Positions 14,201 to 27,600 of a DNA stretch of 64,000 nt are shown here, in pieces. The first letter of the stretch is position 1; each line of letters begins with the position of its first letter. The notes below the pieces were generated by a model that was given only the letters and a program-made list of their open reading frames with translations, did not search any database and had not been told where the DNA came from. The translations under genes and the position numbers were made by a program. This DNA is from Eledone cirrhosa (Eukaryota): NCBI GenBank assembly GCA_964016885.1, contig OZ024750.1:12400001-12464000 (forward strand), given 5' to 3'.

Positions 14201-15011
14201 GTGTGTGTGTGGGTTTATATATATATATAATTGTGCATTCATTTATTAGAACAAAATTGAATTGTTAAAGGTATTAGTGAGTAAAAGGACTCTGAAGAAC
14301 CTACAGAAGACTGTGGTAGGAATCAACTGAATCTATTTCACAAATCTGAGAAGATTTGCAAATATAATGGTAGTGTTTTCATCCCTTACCTTGAATTTAA
14401 GTAATTAAGTAAAACTACTTGAATTTAAGTAATTAAAGAAAATTACTAGGAGTAAAAAAAAAAAATCAGTTTGGCTCGAAGGAATGTTACTGCCAGATTA
14501 TTTTAAAGACGAAAAACTCTTTATGAAATGCAGTTGTGTGACAGTAACAATTTAACAATAAAACAATAAACCCCTCTCAATATACATTAATGAAAAATTG
14601 CCATGAGTTCATTGGAATAGTTTTTAATGATTAAAAATAAATTTTGTAAATTACAAAACTTCCTATATTTTCATATTTTAAATTCTTTTTGAAAATAATG
14701 GAAATGTATATTTTTTATTTTTATAATTTTTGTTACATCTCTGATTGCTTCTTATCAAGAATTCACCAATAAGAAAAAAAAATTATTTTAGAATAATTGA
14801 AATATAATTACTTCCTAAAATTGTTTTTAGAAATTCAATTCTATTCTTTTGTGCATTTTCATTTATTTTAACATTATTTCATGAATACTTTTAATGTGAC
14901 ATCAAAATTATAATCCCTGTTACCTTAATAAAATAACAATTCTAAGACTATATGATTCCTTGTTATAAATATTGTTCCACTATTGTCAGCACTGTGACAG
15001 GTATTAACAAA

Positions 15012-15400
15012 ACTACCACCACCACTGCTACCACCATCACCACTGCCACTGCCACCACCACTACTGCCACTGGTACCACCACCACCCCAACTGCCACCAT
15101 CAGCACTGCAACCACCACCACCCCAACTGCCACCATCAGCACTGCTGCCACCACCACCACTACTACTGTCATCATCACCACTGCCACCACAAACACCACC
15201 ACCACTACTGCTGCCATCACCACCACCACCACCATTACCACCACCAACACTATCACACCACCACCACCACCACCACCACTACTGTCATCATCACCACTGC
15301 CACCACAAACAACACCACCACCACTACTGCTGCCATCACCACCACCACCACCATTACCACCACCGACACTATCACACCACCACCACCACTACCACTGTCA
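15012..15400. repeat. Degenerate (CAC)n tract
   Basis: Seen directly. Confidence 0.9.
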
Positions 15401-15911
15401 CAAAATGTAAAGAAGTAGGATTGATAGATGCTGAATGACAGTAAAAGAAGAAACAAGACTGAAGCATTTGACCTGATCCTGTGTAATGTCAAATAGTAGT
15501 TCTGAACAATTGGAAATGTAGAAAAAGAAATTAGACAAAAAATATATATATATATTCTGATCATGTGACATACTTGTATTTTGAGCAATTTACTTTTTCA
15601 TAAAAACTTCCAAGATAATCTAAGAAGTTACCAAAGAAAGGAAAAATAAATACATCACAGCTGTAATGAAGAAACTTCTGATGCCTGTTCTAAAGTTCTA
15701 AACTTTGAATTTTATGTTGATTTTATGTTGAATTTTATGCTGATTGATAAAGCTTATGACAGGTTTTCTACAGCTTGATGCTTGATGCCCTTCCTATCAC
15801 CTATTAAAAGAAAAACAACTAAATATTTGAAGGTATTCTGCTGGGGTTTTTATGCTTGAAAAGAAGTTGCTGGAGTGTTGTTACTGCCAGATTGTCATAC
15901 CAAGAGGATTC

Positions 15912-16200
15912 ATCATAATCATTATCATCATCATCACTGTTTTACATATATTCTTTCATGCTAGCATGGGTTAGATGGGTTGTCCTGCTGTGGGCAATGC
16001 CAGGTCAGGTGATCATGTCTTGCTCATTCAGAACTAATTTTGGCTTGATTTATTTCTACAGCTGGATGCCCTTACTAACACCAACCTCATTTACAGTGGG
16101 TGCTGGGAGCTTTTTTATTGTGGCGCCTACACGACCACTTTACAGTGTGGACTGGGTGAATTTTGTTGTGACACCTATATGACCACTTTACAGTGGGAGG
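15912..16200 (-). mobile_element. RTE-3'-related retroposon fragment
   Basis: (CAT)n tail, CTAGCATGGGTTAGA and TTCTACAGCTGGATGCCCTT-CTAACACCAACC motifs shared with the RTE 3' UTR. Confidence 0.75.
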
Positions 16201-16613
16201 GGGTGGAGGCATACTGTCTATATTCTTCAGCTTCAGCTTGTACCCGTGGGAAGTCGGGTCTTCTGTATTACTGCATAACACCAGAAGTCTCGGTCCTCTG
16301 TCATCATCTTTAAGAGGTGAATTCACTAAAAGAATTCCATTGGTTTAAGAAATAAAAGTCTGCTAAAGACATTCCAGTAACAACAATTATATATTTCTTA
16401 GCTGTATGTCTAAGACTACATTGAATATTTAAATTAAAATACTTTTTTTGTTTTTTAAAATGTTCTAAAATTAAGAGACATTTATTTTTGTGGACTTATC
16501 AATATTATCAATAATTATATTATGACAATCAATTTTTTCCTGTTTAACCTTACATCATTTAAAAGAATACTTTTTATTTCTGTAAAGTTTGAATCACAAG
16601 TGGTTTGATATAT

Positions 16614-16842
16614 TTAACCCTTTAGCATTTACATTACCTTACTATTGTATTTTCGTGGTACTGGCTTTATTTCACATAATTATCTCACATAATATTGAAT
16701 CTATGAGATTTTGATAGTGTTATCATTTATATTGAGAACAATACCTTTACACTGATATAAACGGCTTGTTATGGCCGGTTTGAACAGAAAGCGGGGAGAG
16801 AATTCTGGCCAGATATGACCGGCTTAAATACTAAAGGGTTAA
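16614..16842. mobile_element. piggyBac-type TTAA MITE family A
   Basis: TTAA-CCCTTTAGCATTTA ... TAAATACTAAAGGG-TTAA. Confidence 0.92.
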
Positions 16843-16941
16843 AGAATGTTTAAATCCTCAGAATAGTTTTGTCACTAAATGAAATAATACTATTGTATAT
16901 AACCATGAAATAACTGGGCTGATTTGTTAATTATATTAAAA

Positions 16942-17270
16942 ATTGTTTCTACTTTGGCACAAGACCAACAATTACCCCAGTGCAGGCTGATTGATTAGAG
17001 AACTGGATTCGCAATCATGAGGTTGTCAGTTCAATTCCTGGACCGGGCGATGCACTGTCTTTGAGCAAGACACTTTATTTCATGTTGCTCCTTCTACCTG
17101 GAGTTGCGACCGATAGATAGTATTAGCAATTGGAAAGATCAACAGAAACATTGTTTCCTCAGTCCGATTTGACGAAAGTCAATCGACAAATTTATTACTG
17201 GTGCTTTATTTCATCGACCCAGTAAGGATGAAAGGCAAAGCTAACCTCAGCAGGATTTGAACTCAGAACT
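16942..17270. mobile_element. SINE family 1 (minus) split by a SINE family 2 copy (+, ~16985-17187)
   Basis: Family 1 sequence stops at CCCAGTGCA and resumes at TTACTGGTGCTTTATT; the insert matches 60085-60296. Confidence 0.85.
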
Positions 17271-17561
17271 TAATAATACACGTTTATTTTTATATTGTTT
17301 ATAGTAATATTGTAGGTATGCAGCTGGTTGCATGTATTAATTATTTCAAAGTAAATGTTCTATATAAGATGATGATATATTATCATCAGGATCATTTTAC
17401 ATTTGTTTTCCTTGTTGGAATGGGTCGGTTGAGTAATATGATTCCTGACAAGACATGGTTGGGTAACCACATCTTACTCATACATTCCATATTTTATCAT
17501 AGTTTCTACAGCTGAATGCCCTCCTGGTTGCAATGTATACATACATGCATTGATTAGGTAA

Positions 17562-17931
17562 TTAACCCTTTAGCATTTAAACCAACCATATCCAGCCAGA
17601 ATTCTCTCCCCTCTTTCTGTTCAAACTGGCCATAACCGGCTGCTTATAGTTATGTTAAGGTATTGTTCTCAAAATAAATAACATCAAAATCTCATAGATT
17701 CAATATTATGTAAGATAATTATGTGAAATAAAGCCTTTACTGTGAAAATACAATAGTAAATATAGAGTAATCATCATCATCGATTAATATCTATCTTCCA
17801 CGCTAACATGGGTTAGACAGGTTTGTCCCATCTAGAGGGAAGTTGGGTCAGGTGACCATGTCTTGCTTATATAGGACTATTTCTGGCCGGTATATGAGCG
17901 AGACATGGTCATGTAAATGCTAAAGGGTTAA
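17562..17931. mobile_element. piggyBac-type MITE family A, opposite orientation, with an RTE-tail insertion (~17772-17910)
   Basis: Both TIRs with TTAA; body is the reverse complement of the 16614 copy and is interrupted by (CAT)n...AGACATGGTC. Confidence 0.88.
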
Positions 17932-18110
17932 GTAAATTTCTTCAATAGTAATTTTTATAATTTTCAACCACAGTCTTCCTGTTTTTAATTTCTATATCAA
18001 ACCTTCCACTGCTAAGGGGTTTGGGGGCTTCAGCCCCTCCAATAATGTTTGTTTCAATATAATTGTGCTTTGGTTTTTACTACACTGATTTTCTATTTAC
18101 TCTAAATATG

Positions 18111-21100
18111 ATTTTCACCATTATATATCATATCTATATATCATATCTTTTCTCTAAAAATCATACTTCCCCTACCACCGCATTTTCTCTATCGTAATTT
18201 CTTAAACAAAACAAATCTTGTATTTTCGTTTATTGTTAAATTATGCCCAATTTCTTTCTCGATCCTTCTCTCCATCCGAACCCATTCATTCAATCACTTC
18301 TATGTCCTAATTTCACACTATATCATATTTTCACCATTATATATCATATCTATATATCATATCTTTTCTCTAAAAATCATACTTCCCCTACCACCGCATT
18401 TTCTCTATCGTAATTTCTTAAACAAAACAAATCTTGTATTTTCGTTTATTGTTAAATTATGCCCAATTTCTTTCTCGATCCTTCTCTCCATCCGAACCCA
18501 TTCATTCAATCACTTCTATGTCCTAATTTCACACTATATCATATTTTCACCATTATATATCATATCTATATATCATATCTTTTCTCTAAAAATCATACTT
18601 CCCCTACCACCGCATTTTCTCTATCGTAATTTCTTAAACAAAACAAATCTTGTATTTTCGTTTATTGTTAAATTATGCCCAATTTCTTTCTCGATCCTTC
18701 TCTCCATCCGAACCCATTCATTCAATCACTTCTATGTCCTAATTTCACACTATATCATATTTTCACCATTATATATCATATCTATATATCATATCTTTTC
18801 TCTAAAAATCATACTTCCCCTACCACCGCATTTTCTCTATCGTAATTTCTTAAACAAAACAAATCTTGTATTTTCGTTTATTGTTAAATTATGCCCAATT
18901 TCTTTCTCGATCCTTCTCTCCATCCGAACCCATTCATTCAATCACTTCTATGTCCTAATTTCACACTATATCATATTTTCACCATTATATATCATATCTA
19001 TATATCATATCTTTTCTCTAAAAATCATACTTCCCCTACCACCGCATTTTCTCTATCGTAATTTCTTAAACAAAACAAATCTTGTATTTTCGTTTATTGT
19101 TAAATTATGCCCAATTTCTTTCTCGATCCTTCTCTCCATCCGAACCCATTCATTCAATCACTTCTATGTCCTAATTTCACACTATATCATATTTTCACCA
19201 TTATATATCATATCTTTTCTCTAAAAATCATACTTCCCCTACCACCGCATTTTCTCTATCGTAATTTCTTAAACAAAACAAATCTTGTATTTTCGTTTAT
19301 TGTTAAATTATGCCCAATTTCTTTCTCGATCCTTCTCTCCATCCGAACCCATTCATTCAATCACTTCTATGTCCTAATTTCACACTATATCATATTTTCA
19401 CCATTATATATCATATCTATATATCATATCTTTTCTCTAAAAATCATACTTCCCCTACCACCGCATTTTCTCTATCGTAATTTCTTAAACAAAACAAATC
19501 TTGTATTTTCGTTTATTGTTAAATTATGCCCAATTTCTTTCTCGATCCTTCTCTCCATCCGAACCCATTCATTCAATCACTTCTATGTCCTAATTTCACA
19601 CTATATCATATTTTCACCATTATATATCATATCTATATATCATATCTTTTCTCTAAAAATCATACTTCCCCTACCACCGCATTTTCTCTATCGTAATTTC
19701 TTAAACAAAACAAATCTTGTATTTTCGTTTATTGTTAAATTATGCCCAATTTCTTTCTCGATCCTTCTCTCCATCCGAACCCATTCATTCAATCACTTCT
19801 ATGTCCTAATTTCACACTATATCATATTTTCACCATTATATATCATATCTTTTCTCTAAAAATCATACTTCCCCTACCACCGCATTTTCTCTATCGTAAT
19901 TTCTTAAACAAAACAAATCTTGTATTTTCGTTTATTGTTAAATTATGCCCAATTTCTTTCTCGATCCTTCTCTCCATCCGAACCCATTCATTCAATCACT
20001 TCTATGTCCTAATTTCACACTATATCATATTTTCACCATTATATATCATATCTATATATCATATCTTTTCTCTAAAAATCATACTTCCCCTACCACCGCA
20101 TTTTCTCTATCGTAATTTCTTAAACAAAACAAATCTTGTATTTTCGTTTATTGTTAAATTATGCCCAATTTCTTTCTCGATCCTTCTCTCCATCCGAACC
20201 CATTCATTCAATCACTTCTATGTCCTAATTTCACACTATATCATATTTTCACCATTATATATCATATCTATATATCATATCTTTTCTCTAAAAATCATAC
20301 TTCCCCTACCACCGCATTTTCTCTATCGTAATTTCTTAAACAAAACAAATCTTGTATTTTCGTTTATTGTTAAATTATGCCCAATTTCTTTCTCGATCCT
20401 TCTCTCCATCCGAACCCATTCATTCAATCACTTCTATGTCCTAATTTCACACTATATCATATTTTCACCATTATATATCATATCTTTTCTCTAAAAATCA
20501 TACTTCCCCTACCACCGCATTTTCTCTATCGTAATTTCTTAAACAAAACAAATCTTGTATTTTCGTTTATTGTTAAATTATGCCCAATTTCTTTCTCGAT
20601 CCTTCTCTCCATCCGAACCCATTCATTCAATCACTTCTATGTCCTAATTTCACACTATATCATATTTTCACCATTATATATCATATCTATATATCATATC
20701 TTTTCTCTAAAAATCATACTTCCCCTACCACCGCATTTTCTCTATCGTAATTTCTTAAACAAAACAAATCTTGTATTTTCGTTTATTGTTAAATTATGCC
20801 CAATTTCTTTCTCGATCCTTCTCTCCATCCGAACCCATTCATTCAATCACTTCTATGTCCTAATTTCACACTATATCATATTTTCACCATTATATATCAT
20901 ATCTTTTCTCTAAAAATCATACTTCCCCTACCACCGCATTTTCTCTATCGTAATTTCTTAAACAAAACAAATCTTGTATTTTCGTTTATTGTTAAATTAT
21001 GCCCAATTTCTTTCTCGATCCTTCTCTCCATCCGAACCCATTCATTCAATCACTTCTATGTCCTAATTTCACACTATATCATATTTTCACCATTATATAT

Positions 21101-24100
21101 CATATCTATATATCATATCTTTTCTCTAAAAATCATACTTCCCCTACCACCGCATTTTCTCTATCGTAATTTCTTAAACAAAACAAATCTTGTATTTTCG
21201 TTTATTGTTAAATTATGCCCAATTTCTTTCTCGATCCTTCTCTCCATCCGAACCCATTCATTCAATCACTTCTATGTCCTAATTTCACACTATATCATAT
21301 TTTCACCATTATATATCATATCTATATATCATATCTTTTCTCTAAAAATCATACTTCCCCTACCACCGCATTTTCTCTATCGTAATTTCTTAAACAAAAC
21401 AAATCTTGTATTTTCGTTTATTGTTAAATTATGCCCAATTTCTTTCTCGATCCTTCTCTCCATCCGAACCCATTCATTCAATCACTTCTATGTCCTAATT
21501 TCACACTATATCATATTTTCACCATTATATATCATATCTTTTCTCTAAAAATCATACTTCCCCTACCACCGCATTTTCTCTATCGTAATTTCTTAAACAA
21601 AACAAATCTTGTATTTTCGTTTATTGTTAAATTATGCCCAATTTCTTTCTCGATCCTTCTCTCCATCCGAACCCATTCATTCAATCACTTCTATGTCCTA
21701 ATTTCACACTATATCATATTTTCACCATTATATATTCCTTTAAATATAATTTGTTAAACTTGCTAAGTTTTACGCAAATCTTCGAGTACCTATTTAAACT
21801 TTTAACCTCTGCTCCATCCCATATTCAACCCCCTACCCATTCATCATGCTGGTTCCTGCCTCCCCCCCCTCCCTCTCTATACATATAAGATAAAACCCTA
21901 CCAAAATTAATCAAAATCGCCAACTCGCTATTTCTGGGATGGCTGTTCCCTTCGGTATAAAGTAACGTTCAAATTTTTCTCGATCCTTCTCTCCATCCGA
22001 ACCCATTCATTCAATCACTTCTATGTCCTAATTTCACACTATATCATATTTTCACCATTATATATCATATCTTTTCTCTAAAAATCATACTTCCCCTACC
22101 ACCGCATTTTCTCTATCGTAATTTCTTAAACAAAACAAATCTTGTATTTTCGTTTATTGTTAAATTATGCCCAATTTCTTTCTCGATCCTTCTCTCCATC
22201 CGAACCCATTCATTCAATCACTTCTATGTCCTAATTTCACACTATATCATATTTTCACCATTATATATCATATCTTTTCTCTAAAAATCATACTTCCCCT
22301 ACCACCGCATTTTCTCTATCGTAATTTCTTAAACAAAACAAATCTTGTATTTTCGTTTATTGTTAAATTATGCCCAATTTCTTTCTCGATCCTTCTCTCC
22401 ATCCGAACCCATTCATTCAATCACTTCTATGTCCTAATTTCACACTATATCATATTTTCACCATTATATATCATATCTATATATCATATCTTTTCTCTAA
22501 AAATCATACTTCCCCTACCACCGCATTTTCTCTATCGTAATTTCTTAAACAAAACAAATCTTGTATTTTCGTTTATTGTTAAATTATGCCCAATTTCTTT
22601 CTCGATCCTTCTCTCCATCCGAACCCATTCATTCAATCACTTCTATGTCCTAATTTCACACTATATCATATTTTCACCATTATATATCATATCTATATAT
22701 CATATCTTTTCTCTAAAAATCATACTTCCCCTACCACCGCATTTTCTCTATCGTAATTTCTTAAACAAAACAAATCTTGTATTTTCGTTTATTGTTAAAT
22801 TATGCCCAATTTCTTTCTCGATCCTTCTCTCCATCCGAACCCATTCATTCAATCACTTCTATGTCCTAATTTCACACTATATCATATTTTCACCATTATA
22901 TATCATATCTATATATCATATCTTTTCTCTAAAAATCATACTTCCCCTACCACCGCATTTTCTCTATCGTAATTTCTTAAACAAAACAAATCTTGTATTT
23001 TCGTTTATTGTTAAATTATGCCCAATTTCTTTCTCGATCCTTCTCTCCATCCGAACCCATTCATTCAATCACTTCTATGTCCTAATTTCACACTATATCA
23101 TATTTTCACCATTATATATCATATCTATATATCATATCTTTTCTCTAAAAATCATACTTCCCCTACCACCGCATTTTCTCTATCGTAATTTCTTAAACAA
23201 AACAAATCTTGTATTTTCGTTTATTGTTAAATTATGCCCAATTTCTTTCTCGATCCTTCTCTCCATCCGAACCCATTCATTCAATCACTTCTATGTCCTA
23301 ATTTCACACTATATCATATTTTCACCATTATATATCATATCTATATATCATATCTTTTCTCTAAAAATCATACTTCCCCTACCACCGCATTTTCTCTATC
23401 GTAATTTCTTAAACAAAACAAATCTTGTATTTTCGTTTATTGTTAAATTATGCCCAATTTCTTTCTCGATCCTTCTCTCCATCCGAACCCATTCATTCAA
23501 TCACTTCTATGTCCTAATTTCACACTATATCATATTTTCACCATTATATATCATATCTATATATCATATCTTTTCTCTAAAAATCATACTTCCCCTACCA
23601 CCGCATTTTCTCTATCGTAATTTCTTAAACAAAACAAATCTTGTATTTTCGTTTATTGTTAAATTATGCCCAATTTCTTTCTCGATCCTTCTCTCCATCC
23701 GAACCCATTCATTCAATCACTTCTATGTCCTAATTTCACACTATATCATATTTTCACCATTATATATCATATCTTTTCTCTAAAAATCATACTTCCCCTA
23801 CCACCGCATTTTCTCTATCGTAATTTCTTAAACAAAACAAATCTTGTATTTTCGTTTATTGTTAAATTATGCCCAATTTCTTTCTCGATCCTTCTCTCCA
23901 TCCGAACCCATTCATTCAATCACTTCTATGTCCTAATTTCACACTATATCATATTTTCACCATTATATATCATATCTATATATCATATCTTTTCTCTAAA
24001 AATCATACTTCCCCTACCACCGCATTTTCTCTATCGTAATTTCTTAAACAAAACAAATCTTGTATTTTCGTTTATTGTTAAATTATGCCCAATTTCTTTC

Positions 24101-24510
24101 TCGATCCTTCTCTCCATCCGAACCCATTCATTCAATCACTTCTATGTCCTAATTTCACACTATATCATATTTTCACCATTATATATCATATCTATATATC
24201 ATATCTTTTCTCTAAAAATCATACTTCCCCTACCACCGCATTTTCTCTATCGTAATTTCTTAAACAAAACAAATCTTGTATTTTCGTTTATTGTTAAATT
24301 ATGCCCAATTTCTTTCTCGATCCTTCTCTCCATCCAAACCCATTCATTCAATCACTTCTATGTCCTAATTTCACACTATATCATATTTTCACCATTATAT
24401 ATCATATCTTTTCTCTAAAAATCATACTTCCCCTACCACCGCATTTTCTCTATCGTAATTTCTTAAACAAAACAAATCTTGTATTTTCGTTTATTGTTAA
24501 ATCATGCCCA
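18111..24510 (+). repeat. Tandem array of ~29 near-identical 216/203-bp monomers with one unique ~245-bp interruption (21735-21977)
   Basis: Marker ATGCCCAA recurs at 18243, 18459, 18675, 18891, 19107, 19310, 19526 ... 21634 (17 copies) and 22167 ... 24504 (12 copies). Spacings are 216 or 203 bp; the short form lacks one TATATATCATATC. Confidence 0.98.
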
Positions 24511-24652
24511 AAATACGGCGATCTTATCTTAATCCTTACATTCTCGCTAACAACCCATCATCCCTCCCTCCCGCCCCCACGCACCACCATTATTACGTGG
24601 ACCAATCATAAGTCAGAGGCCCATACTATCGCTTAACTGGTTGCTTTTCGAT

Positions 24653-27600
24653 ATGATGGATGGACTACGGAATTCTGGAGAGTTGAAGAGAGAAAAATGT
24701 GGACGCTCAGCGACAATGCCAAAGATAAAGCCAAATTCACCTCGTGGACGAGAATGCAAGCACTCCTCCTTGTTTCGGCCCAGGATGGCTAACATAACCC
24801 CATCCCCCCCCGCGCCCCACCGCTCCCACCCTCCAAACGCAATCCAAAACTTCAGAGTTGGTACCATGAATGTAGGCACCTTAAAGGGTCGCTCGAACGA
24901 GGTTGTAGAAATGCTTGAACGTAAGGAGGTCGATGTTTGTTGTATTCAAGAGACCAGGTGGAGGGGAGGGTCGGCTAGATTCATCGTGGGTAAAGAGCGA
25001 TGCTATAAGCTTTTCTGGGTGGGAAATGACAATGGGTTGGGTGGGGTAGGAATCATGGTAGCAGAAAAGTGGGCAGATAAGATAATAGACGTAAATAGAG
25101 TGAACGACAGAATAATTAAAATAAGACTTGTCCTCAATAAAACTACGGTGACAGTAATATCTGCGTACGCACCCCAATCCGGACAGCCCCGCGCTATAAA
25201 AGACAGATTCTACGAGACACTGATGCTCGCTACCTCCCAAATAACCGACAGTGACTATATAGTTATTGCAGGCGACCTAAATGGTCACGTTGGACAACAT
25301 TGTGACGGCTATGACGGAATCCATGGAGGCTATGGGTTCGGTACTAGAAATGAGGAAGGCTCCAGAATCCTGGAATTCTGCGACGCAAATAACTTAACTA
25401 TCTGTAACACTAACTTCAAAAAACGAGACAATCACTTGATCACCTATAGGTCGGGGGAACACACAAGCCAGGTAGATTATATCCTTACCAGAAGACGTGA
25501 CAGAGTGTCTGTTGTTAACACTAAATCCCACCCCCATGAAGAATTCACCTCCCAACATAGACTGATAATTAGCGACCTCATAGTCAGGACGAGACGTACT
25601 AGACAGCGAAAGAGGACTATCCTCAGGAGAAAAATATGGAAGCTAAAGGACCCCATAGCCAGAAATAAATTTCAAAGCAAATTACTTGACGCTTTCGACA
25701 GTAAGGAAGAGCAATTAGAGTCGTATAATATAGAGGAACAGTGGGAATTCCTGAGAGCAAACCTGCTGACGGCGGCAGACGAAGTCTGTGGCTGGAGCAG
25801 GCCTGTAGGTAGGAGGAGAGTAACATGGTGGTGGAACAGTAAGGTGGAGGAGTCAATTAAGGCCAAAAAGCAGGCTTGGAAAGTATGGCGGGATGGGGGA
25901 AGTAGAGAAGACTATCAAGTGGCCAGGAGGGAAGCTAGGAGACAAGTGTACTTCGCAAGAAGGGAAGCAGAGGAAAGAAAGTTCAAGCATGTTCTACAAC
26001 GTGAGGACCAAAAACGTGAGGTGTTCAGGATTGCCAGGCAATGTGTCAAGGAAAACCGTGATATTGTCGGGGAGAAGTGTGTACTTAACGATGATGGCAT
26101 ACTTGCCATCACCGACGCTGATAAGAAGGTAGCTTGGAAGTGTCACTACGAAAGGCTTCTAAATGAGGAGAACAAATGGGAGAAAGATAGTCTCCCCCAG
26201 ATCGATCCAATAGAGGGACCAGCAGTGTTAGTTGAAGGTAGTATAATAAGTAAGGCAATCAAAGATATGAAGACGGGTAAGGCGGCTGGGCCTTCGGAAA
26301 TAGTTGCTGAGATGCTGAAGGCATCTGGTTCGGTGGGACACACCATGGTCACCCGGATAGTTAACCAAGTCGTACAGAATGGGGTTGTTCCGAAGGAATG
26401 GCGTAGCAGCATCATCGTTAACTGCTATAAGGGAAAAGGAGATGCCCTAGATAGGAGTAACTATAGAGGCATTAAATTAATCGACCAGGTCATGAAGGTC
26501 ACGGAAAAAGTAATAGCGCAACTAATCAGAGAGAGAATTGATCTAGATGAAATGCAGTTCGGGTTTGTGTCAGGCAAAAGTACCACAGACGCTCTTTTCA
26601 TTGTACGACAACTACAGGAGAAGTACCTAGCTAAAAGTAAACCCCTATACTTAGCTTTTGTCGACTTGGAGAAAGCCTTCGACAGAGTCCCCCGTTCCAT
26701 TATCTGGTGGTCTCTTAGAAAACTAGGTGTTGACGAATGGCTTGTGAGAGCTATACAAGCCATGTATAAAGAAACAGTCAGTAAGGTTAGAATTAACAAC
26801 GAATATAGTGAAGAGTTTAGCGTAAAAGTTGGTGTCCATCAGGGCTCTGTACTTAGCCCCCTACTATTTATTATTGCCCTTCAGGCTATAACAGAGGAGT
26901 TCAAGACCGGCTGCCCATGGGAACTCCTATACGCAGATGATCTAACGCTCATAGCTGAATCAATGACCGAACTAGAGAAGAAATTCCAAACGTGGAAGCA
27001 CGGCCTAGAATCAAAAGGCCTTAAAATTAACCTGGCTAAGACTAAAGTTCTAGTTTGTAGGAAAGAAAATAAGGCGGCGGTCCCATCGGGGAAATGGCCA
27101 TGCTCAGTGTGTAGGAAAGGCGTAGGTAGAAACTCCATTTTATGTCCCAAATGCAAAGTATGGGTGCATAAAAGATGTAGTGGGATCACAGGTAAGCTAA
27201 CTAAGAACATAGATTTTACATGTGGCCGGTGCTCTGGTGCAATAAGTAGCAGCAAGTGCCCACAAAATACTAGCTCCTTCAACTGCGCAGAGGGTTCTAT
27301 AGAAATAGTGGATAGCTTCCGTTATCTGGGTGACAAAATCAGCAGTGGGGGAGGGTGCTCTGAAAGTACAGTAGCTAGAGTCAGAACTGGATGGAAAAAG
27401 TTCAGAGAGCTTATACCACTATTAGCCGCTAGAGGGTTCTCCCTAAAAATGAAAGGCAGGTTATACGATGCCTGCATACGAACAGCAATGCTGCATGGCA
27501 GTGAGACCTGGGCATTGTGTGCAGAGGATATACGCAGACTAGAGAGGAACGAAGCTTGCATGCTCCGCTGGATGTGCAATAGTAATATACGTGAACGGCA

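Noticed and set aside
18111-24510. CRISPR-like or RT-linked spacer array
   Set aside because: Monomers are identical end to end with no variable spacers (one interruption only), there are no cas genes, and the context is eukaryotic.
19107-24636. Repeated 72-aa-unit ORFs (MPNFFLDP...) as an ORF1-like protein
   Set aside because: They come from the G-poor 216-bp monomer, the 203-bp variants frameshift them repeatedly, and no domain is recognisable.
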